The notes: generated from the letters alone by a model not told the origin. Positions 50,532 through 57,999 are shown, counted from the stretch's first letter. The stretch: 57,999 nucleotides of DNA from a virus (IMGVR_UViG_3300031962_000004:1-57999); one strand, 5' to 3'. Numbers and translations: made by a program.

Positions 50532-51529
50532 GCACTTTCTACGTTTCCCCGTCCGGCTCCGATACCGCTAACGGCAGTGCTGCAACGCCATGGCAAACCG
50601 TCTCCCACGCCTTGGACACAGTTGCCCCTAGCGGCGATACGATCATGGTGAACGATGGGTTGTACACCCCATGGTTCAACGATCAGACGCGCTTGTGGCT
50701 CAATATAACGAAGTCTGTTACCTTGCGCAGCGTGAACCCGAAGGGCGCGGTACTCGACGGCGCGCTCCAATGCCACTCCCCGATAAATCTCAACACGGGA
50801 TCGGCCAACGTCCTGATTCAGGACTTCCTCATCAAGCGAGGCGCTCATGGTGGAATCTGGGCGAACAGTCTAGCCGCGAAAGGCGTAACTGTGCGCGGCT
50901 GTGAGATCGCCTATATCAGCAACATCCCGGACGGAACCCAAATCGGTAACTGTGGAATCTATATGGATGGCGCGGCAGTCATCAACGTGGACGCCTCCTA
51001 TCTGCACGATATCGGGCGCTCGACCGCAATCGATCCCGGTAACGCCTTCGACCACGCAATCTACTCCCACGGCGCGGCGCTCATTACGAACTGCACGTTC
51101 GCCGCGCTGCTGCAGGGGTGGGCAATCCAGACCTCGCAAGGCTTCTCGGGGCGCATCCTGAACAATGCTTTCAACGGACCCGTGGAGTACGCGGGCTCGG
51201 GCGGGCTCAAGAATGGGCAGATCATGTTCTGGCAAGCGGCTAGCGGTGGGATCGAAGTCAGTTCTAATCTCTTCAATAATCCGCGCGGCTATGCGCTCGA
51301 AACTTTCGCCTTTAGCTTTCCGGTCGGCACTTTCAAGAGCGGCAACAATCAGGTAAGCGGCGGCTTGCCGCTCGGTGGGCCTGCTGGTCAAGTTTCAAGC
51401 GGAGCGACCGGGCCGGTGGGGCCGCAAACAACCCCAACGCCTACGCCACCTGCGCCATCTGGCGTGACGGTCACAGTGAACGGGCAGGCAGTCAAGACAG
51501 CACTTCCAGTGACGATTACGATTCAATGA
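50528..51529 (+). CDS. Right-handed parallel beta-helix repeat protein (polysaccharide lyase/hydrolase-like) with a Pro/Thr linker and a small C-terminal domain
   Basis: FYVSPSGSDTANGSAATPWQTVSHALDTVAPSGDTIMVNDGLY; TTPTPTPPAPS. Confidence 0.65.
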   Translation: MSTFYVSPSGSDTANGSAATPWQTVSHALDTVAPSGDTIMVNDGLYTPWFNDQTRLWLNITKSVTLRSVNPKGAVLDGALQCHSPINLNTGSANVLIQDFLIKRGAHGGIWANSLAAKGVTVRGCEIAYISNIPDGTQIGNCGIYMDGAAVINVDASYLHDIGRSTAIDPGNAFDHAIYSHGAALITNCTFAALLQGWAIQTSQGFSGRILNNAFNGPVEYAGSGGLKNGQIMFWQAASGGIEVSSNLFNNPRGYALETFAFSFPVGTFKSGNNQVSGGLPLGGPAGQVSSGATGPVGPQTTPTPTPPAPSGVTVTVNGQAVKTALPVTITIQ

Positions 51530-51557
51530 GAGTCAGGGTGGCTATGAGCGTGATGGG

Positions 51558-51776
51558 ATGTTGCACGACGATGTGGCCAAGATGATGCGGCGCGTGAGCC
51601 CTGCGGAGGTCCAAGCCTACCTGAACCTGATCGGAGCGCATCAGTCGGTGATCATCGAGAACGCCGCCAAAATGTGCCGCTGGCGGAAGTCCTTCGCTCA
51701 CCACGGGCTCAAGACCTTGTACCTGGGGACTGAGCGGGGCTTCAAGCGCTGGCTTCGGGAGCACGCGCTACAATAA
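51558..51776 (+). CDS. Hypothetical protein, 72 aa
   Basis: Track ORF. Confidence 0.5.
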   Translation: MLHDDVAKMMRRVSPAEVQAYLNLIGAHQSVIIENAAKMCRWRKSFAHHGLKTLYLGTERGFKRWLREHALQ

Positions 51777-51781
51777 CGCCA

Positions 51782-52105
51782 ATGAGTGACGCGTACATTC
51801 CGGCGCCGGCCCCTGTTGCCACGCCGCTGCCACCGACCACGACGCATCAAGAGGATCTGGTTACCGCTGGACAGCGGAAAGTCAACCTGATATGGGAGTA
51901 TACGCAGGCATTTATCGCCGTCTCTGTAGTCCTGGCCAACCTCTCAGTGGGCGTGCATAACGGGTTAGTGAGTCCGCCGCGCGAGGTCCCGCCAATGCTC
52001 ACCAACAGCCTCTTTCTCGTAATCGGTTTTTACTTTTCCAGGACTAATCATTCAGCGATCGGTGGCGTGGGACGCAAACCCAACCCGCCTTATGAGGGGA
52101 GATGA
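51782..52105 (+). CDS. Membrane protein, 2 TM (holin candidate)
   Basis: AFIAVSVVLANLSVGV and LTNSLFLVIGFYF hydrophobic segments. Confidence 0.5.
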   Translation: MSDAYIPAPAPVATPLPPTTTHQEDLVTAGQRKVNLIWEYTQAFIAVSVVLANLSVGVHNGLVSPPREVPPMLTNSLFLVIGFYFSRTNHSAIGGVGRKPNPPYEGR

Positions 52106-52106
52106 C

Positions 52107-52310
52107 ATGCCTTACGCGCTAATTGACATCGTGGTGGTGCTTGCGATTGCCGGCCTGATCTTGTGGGCCATTAGCCAGATTCCGATGGATGCGACGATCG
52201 CCAGAATCATTCGCGTCATCATTATTGTCGTCGTGTGCATCTGGCTGCTGTATTTCCTAGTGGCGCTCATTCCAGGTGGTGGCTTCTTGCCAGCTCCGGT
52301 GCGGCGATGA
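52107..52310 (+). CDS. Membrane protein, 67 aa, 2 TM (holin/antiholin candidate)
   Basis: ATG at 52107 after GAGGGGAGA; IDIVVVLAIAGLILWAI and IIIVVVCIWLLYFLVALI. Confidence 0.5.
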   Translation: MPYALIDIVVVLAIAGLILWAISQIPMDATIARIIRVIIIVVVCIWLLYFLVALIPGGGFLPAPVRR

Positions 52311-52660
52311 ACCTGCCTCTTGGCTTCGGCGACGTTGAATGGGACGATTGGATACGCGGCATCGTCGCGGCCTTCATCGGGGGCGGAGCGAGCGCATTCT
52401 CGGCTGGTGTGGCAGATCTGCTAAACCATCCCGGCGTGTCGATCTGGAACCGCGAGTTCTGGTCGGTGGTCTCGACCACGTTCGTGATCGCGGGCCTTAT
52501 CGCGCTGTTTGCGTTCCTCAGAACCAAGCCGATCCCCGATAAGAAGGTGGTGACCACGACCGTGCAGAAGACGCAGGTGGATGCGCCCAATGTGCCGGAC
52601 AAGGTTGTGACCACGGTTCAAGAGACGCACACCGAGCCGATAGCGAAAGAGGAGAAGTGA
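52307..52660 (+). CDS. Membrane protein, 117 aa
   Basis: ATGA start at 52307; IVAAFIGGGASAFSAGVA and VVSTTFVIAGLIALFAFL. Confidence 0.5.
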   Translation: MNLPLGFGDVEWDDWIRGIVAAFIGGGASAFSAGVADLLNHPGVSIWNREFWSVVSTTFVIAGLIALFAFLRTKPIPDKKVVTTTVQKTQVDAPNVPDKVVTTVQETHTEPIAKEEK

Positions 52661-52818
52661 TGGCGCTGATCGATTTGAAAGAGGCTGTGGATGAGGCAGC
52701 CGCGAAGCTCCCGCCCGTCCTGCAACCACTCCTGACTTCCTTCGCGGATGAACTCGTGGCGAAGCTAAAGGATGCGCTGATCGGGCGCGAGATCACGTTC
52801 ACGATCACGATCAAATGA
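52660..52818 (+). CDS. Micro-protein, 52 aa
   Basis: TGATG and ATGA overlaps; below the track cutoff. Confidence 0.4.
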   Translation: MALIDLKEAVDEAAAKLPPVLQPLLTSFADELVAKLKDALIGREITFTITIK

Positions 52819-53270
52819 CTCCTGTACCACAAACAAATTACGGCAGACATCAGGGCAATTGCTTGACCGCTTGCATCGCTTCGGTACTAGACGTTCCAAT
52901 TTCTTCCGTGCCAGAGTTTTGTGTCGATGGAGAGTGGTTCGCGCGCTTGGATGCGTTCTGCCGCGAGAACGGATTCTTCCTACTGTACTGGCGGCACTCG
53001 GAGAATATTCCGCTGATCTGCCTCAACGCCTACGTGATCCTCTTACTCGCGCTGGAAGGAGAGAGTGATCTTCATGCGGTCGTCGCGCGTACCACGATAG
53101 AGTCCAAGGAGCCGATCACGGATGCCGAGATTGAGCGCGGAGCGGCCCTCGCTGAGGACGCAGGCGGAATCCGATGGGGTTGGAAGTCGGAGTTGGTTCA
53201 CGACCCTAATGAACGCGGCTATCCTCCGGTCGAGGGAGTGCGCGGCTATATCATGATTGGCAAGCAATGA
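52815..53270 (+). CDS. Papain-like (C39-like) cysteine peptidase candidate
   Basis: QGNCLTACIASVL (Cys nucleophile context) and downstream LHAVV. Confidence 0.45.
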   Translation: MTPVPQTNYGRHQGNCLTACIASVLDVPISSVPEFCVDGEWFARLDAFCRENGFFLLYWRHSENIPLICLNAYVILLLALEGESDLHAVVARTTIESKEPITDAEIERGAALAEDAGGIRWGWKSELVHDPNERGYPPVEGVRGYIMIGKQ

Positions 53271-53413
53271 CCACCGACGAACTCACCCCCGCCGAGATCG
53301 CCTGGCTCCAGGAGTGGCGCAGGCAGCGCGCGCTGTGGGACAAGATCGACCTGGACAATCCGCGCACCGACCCGCCGCCGTGCCCCGCTGCGCTGGTGCT
53401 GCCGCCGAAATAG
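53267..53413 (+). CDS. Micro-protein, 48 aa
   Basis: ATGA start; TAG at 53411-53413. Confidence 0.35.
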   Translation: MTTDELTPAEIAWLQEWRRQRALWDKIDLDNPRTDPPPCPAALVLPPK

Positions 53414-53498
53414 TGTACACTCTTCCTAACGGCGTGGCTCTAACGAGCCGCAATTCAAGCCAGAAATTGATGCAACCAAGAATGGCAAAGGGAGATCA

Positions 53499-54011
53499 AT
53501 GAAAGGTGGGCGGCTGGCGACGGCCGCTTTCCTTTTGTGCGTGCCGTTGCTCGGCCAGGGGACTTACCGCGAGCCCGCCCCGCGCTCCACCGCGCGCCTC
53601 GCCACGCCCGCGCCAGAGCCCTCGTATTTCGTGACGGCAGGGGGCGGAGACCAAGCTCCCGGACGCGGAGCGGCATTCACTTATTGGTCCGTTTCCCGTT
53701 ATTTGGGCCAGCAGAACTGGGCGACGATCATCACCGAGTATTCGATCAGCGGCAATCAGGTGGTGACCTGCCCGCTGGCCGGCATCAGCCACGTGGCGTT
53801 AAGCGCGGGGTCATTGAGCGCGGGCCTGGTGGGTGCCGGCGGCGCGTGCTCTGGTAGCGTGAGTGGTTCTTCCGGCGCGGCGAGTGCGCAGGGCTTCGCG
53901 GTGGTGCACCTCGGCGGAGCATGGTCGCTGATCGCTACGGCGCGAAAAACCTTCACAAACGAAGGCACCAATGCAGTGAGGGTGACCCTCGGCGTGGGGT
54001 ACGCCAAATAA
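53499..54011 (+). CDS. Exported Gly/Ala/Ser-rich protein, 170 aa (moron-like)
   Basis: AAGGGAG SD; MKGGRLATAAFLLCVPLLGQG signal-like N-terminus; flanked by non-coding DNA. Confidence 0.6.
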   Translation: MKGGRLATAAFLLCVPLLGQGTYREPAPRSTARLATPAPEPSYFVTAGGGDQAPGRGAAFTYWSVSRYLGQQNWATIITEYSISGNQVVTCPLAGISHVALSAGSLSAGLVGAGGACSGSVSGSSGAASAQGFAVVHLGGAWSLIATARKTFTNEGTNAVRVTLGVGYAK

Positions 54012-54096
54012 TTGTCAAGCAATTTATTTTCACGTTGCAGCCAAAAGCGATAGATGCGCGGAAGCGCTTGTTTTCATGGGGTCTGCGAAGTGCCCG

Positions 54097-54105
54097 TGTT
54101 ATAAT
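54097..54105 (+). promoter_or_regulatory. Perfect extended -10 promoter element TGtTATAAT
   Basis: TG at 54097-54098 and TATAAT at 54100-54105, 36 nt upstream of the 54142 start. Confidence 0.5.
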
Positions 54106-54141
54106 GGTGTCAGATCGTAACCAACGATCAGGAGAAAACAA

Positions 54142-54528
54142 GTGAGTTACAACAATGACCGGGAAGATATTCCATCGGGCAATTTGCCGGATGCTTACGA
54201 CAGACTTCTGGGTTCGCTCCACGGCCTGCCGGATGTCACCTCCACTAAACCCTCGACCATGCGAACGGTCACGCCCATACTGGGAACCTCGCAGCTATTC
54301 ACTGTCCAGACCTATCGGCAGCGAGAGCGTGGCGACACGGTATTCCTTGAGTGCGTGAGCAAAGATGGATTCGTGAGGCTCGCGCTTCCACCAACGGTCT
54401 CGGATGCCATTGCAAGGCAGCGTGACGCGCTAACAGGAAAAGTGCGCAGTAAGGTCGGCAAAGCCACTGCGCAAGCCCGGAAGGATCGCGGTGAGCTTCC
54501 GGGCTTCATGAAAAAGAAGAAGGCTTGA
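54142..54528 (+). CDS. Hypothetical protein, 128 aa, with its own promoter (moron-like)
   Basis: Track ORF; GTG after AGGAGAA. Confidence 0.55.
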   Translation: MSYNNDREDIPSGNLPDAYDRLLGSLHGLPDVTSTKPSTMRTVTPILGTSQLFTVQTYRQRERGDTVFLECVSKDGFVRLALPPTVSDAIARQRDALTGKVRSKVGKATAQARKDRGELPGFMKKKKA

Positions 54529-54646
54529 TCCCCGACGTGCGCATCTCCGCGTAAGCGGGGCGTCTGCCGTGGTAGGCGGGGCCGGTACGTAACCCGGCGC
54601 ACAAAGTCATACGCCCGCAACGGAAGGGTGGTATGCTTGATGCACC

Positions 54647-55147
54647 GTGAAAGAGATCCCGCTCACCCAAGGGTACGTCGCGCTGGTCTCGGATGAAGAC
54701 TTCGAGCGGGTGAACGCCTTCAAATGGAATGCTGCCGTATCGCGCCGCAACGGTCTGCTCAGGGTCTACGCTAAAAGGAAAATCAGAATCGACCGAAAAT
54801 GGACTACGCTCCGAATGCACCGTTTTATTCTCGGTTGCGCGGAAGATATTGACCACGCTGACCACAACGGGCTAAACAACCAGCGGGACAACTTGAGACC
54901 AGCTACCAACTCTCAAAATGGGGCGAACAGAGCCAAGAGTACCAACCCCGCTTCTTCTAAATGGAAAGGTGTTTGCTGGCGTAAAGATCTCCAGAGGTGG
55001 AACGCCTACATATACGTCGATCAGGCAAGGCGTCATTTAGGACATTTCAAGGAGGAATGCGATGCCGCCCTTGCGTACAACCTTGCGGCATCAATGTTTT
55101 TTGGAGAGTTCGCGCAATATAATGTCCCGATCGAGGCCACGGCATGA
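54647..55147 (+). CDS. HNH endonuclease fused to an AP2-type DNA-binding domain (homing-endonuclease-like)
   Basis: MHRFILG..IDHADHNGLNNQRDNLRPATNSQN; KWKGVCWRKDLQRWNAYIYV...LGHFKEECDAALAYN. Confidence 0.8.
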   Translation: MKEIPLTQGYVALVSDEDFERVNAFKWNAAVSRRNGLLRVYAKRKIRIDRKWTTLRMHRFILGCAEDIDHADHNGLNNQRDNLRPATNSQNGANRAKSTNPASSKWKGVCWRKDLQRWNAYIYVDQARRHLGHFKEECDAALAYNLAASMFFGEFAQYNVPIEATA

Positions 55148-55911
55148 TCAACGTGTCGGTTGTAAACAAGAGCACGGTTTTCTCCGATACAGCGCTGATC
55201 TCACTTGCTTCCGCGCTTCAGATCCAAGTGACACGTGATCTCTTCTTGTCTTACGGTGTCTCCGCCAAGATGTGGTATACCCCGACCGGGATGAATCCAC
55301 ATCCCGATCATTGGGCGTTGTTCATCATGGACGATGCGACACAAGCGGGCGAGCTAGGTGTCCACGATGTCACGCCTCAGGGCCTGCCACTTGCGCAAGC
55401 ATTCGCCAAAACGTCAGCCGCCGATGGTTCCCCAGTGGAGCGCACAGCAAGTCACGAGAACTGCGAGATGCTGATAGACAGCATGGCATCCCTGTGCGCG
55501 CAGATCGGTTCCATCCTATACGCATACGAGGTGTGTGATCCTCCGGAAGCGGACGCAGCGGGCTACACGATCACGATTCCCGCTGGCTGGACCGGCGCAG
55601 GGACGATCGTCCCAGTAAGCAATTTTGTCACACCCAACTGGTTCCAGCCAGGATCTGCTGGCCCGTTCGACCATCTCGGCCTGATAAAGAACCCGCTCGA
55701 ACTTCTGCCGGGCGGTTACATCAGCTTCCTCGATCTCAACAATCTCCGGCTAGGTTGGCAGCAGAAGACTGCGCGTATGGATGACGCAGCAAGATTCAGA
55801 GCGCGTCCTCATACTGGATCGCGGCGTAAGTTGCGGACCATCGACATCGCAGATCGCATCCGATCAACCTACTCACCCGGAACAGAAGCAATCGCAGCGG
55901 AGGCCGCATAA
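55144..55911 (+). CDS. Hypothetical protein, 255 aa
   Basis: Track ORF; ATGA overlap. Confidence 0.6.
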   Translation: MINVSVVNKSTVFSDTALISLASALQIQVTRDLFLSYGVSAKMWYTPTGMNPHPDHWALFIMDDATQAGELGVHDVTPQGLPLAQAFAKTSAADGSPVERTASHENCEMLIDSMASLCAQIGSILYAYEVCDPPEADAAGYTITIPAGWTGAGTIVPVSNFVTPNWFQPGSAGPFDHLGLIKNPLELLPGGYISFLDLNNLRLGWQQKTARMDDAARFRARPHTGSRRKLRTIDIADRIRSTYSPGTEAIAAEAA

Positions 55912-56102
55912 TGGCAAACCTACACGCAAACCACAAGACACCTGCTCCAGGGAAGGGTCCGATCAAGATCCGGACACGCGACGGCATCTATTCGACCACG
56001 ACTTGGCCATGGCAGCGCAAGGACGCAAACGGTGTCCAGAAGCCCGTTCCGGGAATCCTCGTGAATGGCAAACAAGTGGGAGCGTCTAATGCCCAACCTT
56101 AA
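55911..56102 (+). CDS. Hypothetical protein, 63 aa
   Basis: Track ORF; TAATG overlap. Confidence 0.5.
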   Translation: MANLHANHKTPAPGKGPIKIRTRDGIYSTTTWPWQRKDANGVQKPVPGILVNGKQVGASNAQP

Positions 56103-56415
56103 CGATTCGCTCGAAGCCGTGGCCGCGCGGCACGACCCGGACGGGAAGCTCCAGAAGATCCTGGACGCGGTGACCGGGATGCAAACCTCGTTCGGGGCGC
56201 TCGGACTCGTGGTCGATGGCTTCGGCAAGGACATCGCCGCGCTCAAGCTCGCCGTGCAGTCCATCCAGCAGTTCCTGGGAGCGCCCGACTCAACCATCAG
56301 TCCCGAGGACCAGGCCGCGCTCGACGCGGTGCTCAAGACCGAAGACGATCTCGCAAAGCAAACTGCCGACTTGGCGACCCAGGCCGGGAGTATATCTACC
56401 GAACCGCCTCATTAA
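56089..56415 (+). CDS. Ala/Gln/Asp-rich helical protein, 108 aa (paralog of 56434..56814)
   Basis: ATG at 56089 after GGGAG; ISPEDQAALDAV...LAKQTADLATQAG. Confidence 0.55.
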   Translation: MPNLNDSLEAVAARHDPDGKLQKILDAVTGMQTSFGALGLVVDGFGKDIAALKLAVQSIQQFLGAPDSTISPEDQAALDAVLKTEDDLAKQTADLATQAGSISTEPPH

Positions 56416-56433
56416 GGCAGAAAGAACCATTCC

Positions 56434-56814
56434 ATGTACCAGACACAAGAACAACTGCAACAGATGAAACGCCAGAAACAGATGAGTACGACTCCCGACG
56501 CGATCCAGGTCTGGGCAGCCAAGCAGCAGGCGGATCAAGCCGCCATCGCTACCGCGCTGAACTCAATCGCAACCGCCGTCGGCACCATCGCTACCGGCGT
56601 GGCCGCGCTCCAAGCGCTGATCACCACTCTTCAGAACTCGCCGGGCGCGATCACTCCCGCAGATCAAGCAACCTTGGATTCAATTGAGTCCGCCGCCTCC
56701 CAACTGGCGACTCAGGCTGGCGCTGCTGTTACCGCTCTGGCAGCCATCAACACCGCCGCGCCGGGCACCGTGCCCACGCCTCCCGTTCCGCCCGCTGGCC
56801 CGCGCAAGGGCTAA
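56434..56814 (+). CDS. Ala/Gln-rich helical protein, 126 aa (paralog of 56089..56415)
   Basis: ITPADQATLDSIESAASQLATQAG. Confidence 0.6.
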   Translation: MYQTQEQLQQMKRQKQMSTTPDAIQVWAAKQQADQAAIATALNSIATAVGTIATGVAALQALITTLQNSPGAITPADQATLDSIESAASQLATQAGAAVTALAAINTAAPGTVPTPPVPPAGPRKG

Positions 56815-56818
56815 CGTC

Positions 56819-57010
56819 GTGCTGGGCGCCGCGCTTCTCAGCGTGCTGACGCTTGGAGTAGTGTGCGCCCAGACGCCCTCCATCCAGGACTTCCACACCG
56901 TCCCGGACATACATTCTGAGCAAGAAAGCAGCAAGGAGATCCCGTGGCAACTGACGAACTACAGAGATGGAAAGATGTGGTGGCTGAGCGGATCGCCAGC
57001 GGAGCGCTGA
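56819..57010 (+). CDS. Possible small exported peptide, 63 aa
   Basis: GTG at 56819 after AAGGG; VLGAALLSVLTLGVVCA/QT; overlaps the next gene by 67 nt. Confidence 0.3.
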   Translation: MLGAALLSVLTLGVVCAQTPSIQDFHTVPDIHSEQESSKEIPWQLTNYRDGKMWWLSGSPAER

Positions 57011-57327
57011 AGCCAGGCGAGATCCCCGGATACTTGGCGCCCGAGCCATTGGGGATCGTATTCGTCCCCAACATCCGCATCGGGGCCGGTCCTGGCACGT
57101 CGCCCTACTGGAGTTTCCAGGCGTTCCTGCAACTCCGCGTGCAGGCCCTGGCCGGATCAAGCGCGTTCCGGGGGGCGGCCGGGCCGGATCTGGTAGCTGA
57201 ACTCCTGGGGCAGACAGCTGATGACGCCGTGGCGTACCTGGGCGATGCGGACCCAGATTGCGCCCAGCGCGACGCGCTGCTCGCGAGCTACATCCGCCTG
57301 TACTGGTTCGCGGTGACGCCGGTCTGA
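56944..57327 (+). CDS. Hypothetical protein, 127 aa
   Basis: Track ORF; GTG 5 nt after AAGGAG. Confidence 0.6.
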   Translation: MATDELQRWKDVVAERIASGALKPGEIPGYLAPEPLGIVFVPNIRIGAGPGTSPYWSFQAFLQLRVQALAGSSAFRGAAGPDLVAELLGQTADDAVAYLGDADPDCAQRDALLASYIRLYWFAVTPV

Positions 57328-57485
57328 TGACCCGCGCGCATGTGATCATCAACGGCCACACGATCCTCGAGCGCGAATCCTCTTGGCTCACGCCGCGCGA
57401 GCTGGGAGAGCGGCTGGTGCGGGAGTATGAGCGCAGCGGGCGCATGGCTGTGGTAGAGGCGCGGGAAGTGCCGGACGATGCTTGA
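57327..57485 (+). CDS. Micro-protein, 52 aa
   Basis: TGATG overlap; internal start of track ORF 57258..57485. Confidence 0.45.
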   Translation: MTRAHVIINGHTILERESSWLTPRELGERLVREYERSGRMAVVEAREVPDDA

Positions 57486-57999
57486 CCCTAGCATTGATTC
57501 CCGCGACCCGGCGCTACTCGACCCGGACTTCCGCGCGAAACTCGACCAACTGCTGGCAGCGTGCGAGGTCGGCGGAGCGAAGTTCGTGGTCGACGCCACA
57601 GTGCGGGGTCCTGCGGTCCAAGCGCGGATATGGTGTCAGTCACGAACACTTTCAGAGATCACGGAGGCACGCGGCAGGCTGACACGCGAAGGTGCCCCAA
57701 GGCTCGCTGCGCTTCTACTTGCCAGTTACGCCCTCACCGGACCCTGTGTCACCCACGCACTGCCCGGTGAGTCCTGGCACGAATTTGGCACGGCCGCAGA
57801 CTGCTTCCTCGAAGTGAATGGGAGCGCGGTGTGGAGTTCTCCCCTGTATCTGAGCGTCTATGCGGAGGAGGCGGTGAAGCTCGGTCTGACCGCGGGGGCG
57901 CTGTGGCCGAAGCCCAAGACCGATTTGGACCACGTTCAAGCGAGCGCGTTCGGCAGTCCCCTGGATGAGCCGGGCGCTAGCTGGGCCACTATCGAGGCG
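57478..57999 (+). CDS. Peptidase M15 (LAS metallopeptidase) endolysin, N-terminal 174 codons; open at the window end and continues at base 128 via the circular junction
   Basis: ATG at 57478; RGPAVQARIW; ESWHEFGTAADC (SxHxxGxAxD); no stop before 57999; absent from the ORF track because it is open-ended. Confidence 0.85.
   Translation, partial: MLDPSIDSRDPALLDPDFRAKLDQLLAACEVGGAKFVVDATVRGPAVQARIWCQSRTLSEITEARGRLTREGAPRLAALLLASYALTGPCVTHALPGESWHEFGTAADCFLEVNGSAVWSSPLYLSVYAEEAVKLGLTAGALWPKPKTDLDHVQASAFGSPLDEPGASWATIEA
57873..57999. repeat. Terminal duplication, copy 2 (identical to 1-127)
   Basis: Base-by-base identity with 1-127. Confidence 0.97.

Noticed and set aside
57873-57999. 127-bp terminal repeat considered as a genuine phage DTR or an LTR of a mobile element
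   Set aside because: It lies inside the endolysin coding sequence, and the ORF is only completed by circularising. Its length equals a common assembler k-mer. Read-level termini analysis is still needed.

Overview
The window is a complete, tightly packed, GC-rich tailed-phage (Caudoviricetes) genome of about 57,872 bp, captured as a circular contig. Bases 1-127 are repeated exactly at 57873-57999, and a peptidase-M15 endolysin ORF reads straight through that junction. No rRNA, tRNA, CRISPR array, transposase or reverse transcriptase was found. Layout: (i) a leftward early operon of small, Cys-rich proteins (2483 to 159), headed by a ribbon-helix-helix (RHH) regulator. (ii) A divergent switch region (2484-2657). 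(iii) A rightward early operon (2658-10654) with ERF annealase, YqaJ exonuclease, a VRR-NUC-like nuclease, HNH endonuclease, a replication-initiator-like protein, a decayed C5 DNA methyltransferase and a (Gly-Asp/Ser/Tyr)55 repeat protein. (iv) Two leftward sets of unknown small genes (12099 to 10615, 13829 to 13123), separated by about 0.5 kb with no credible ORF. (v) A short serine recombinase (14224-14871), followed by the morphogenesis block (terminase, portal, scaffold, coat, fibres, large Ala/Gln/Lys-rich internal-type proteins, Cas4-like nuclease; 14896-40200). (vi) A leftward RHH-headed operon with three glycosyltransferases, including a TPR-GT9 fusion, a SAM methyltransferase and an HTH protein (45678 to 40197). 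(vii) A rightward cassette of signal-peptide-bearing fibre and beta-helix proteins with an embedded LuxR-type regulator (46114-51529). (viii) Membrane (holin-like) proteins, a cysteine peptidase, moron-like genes, an HNH-AP2 endonuclease and the M15 endolysin. No tail tube, sheath or tape-measure protein is recognisable, so a short-tailed virion with P22-like scaffold-dependent assembly is likely but unproven. The most promising leads are the glycosylation/methylation operon, the exported fibre/depolymerase cassette with its LuxR regulator flanked by two small exported proteins, the codon-invariant (GX)55 repeat, and signs of decay in the methyltransferase, recombinase and an HTH ORF. All functional calls rest on motifs read by eye; no database search was possible.
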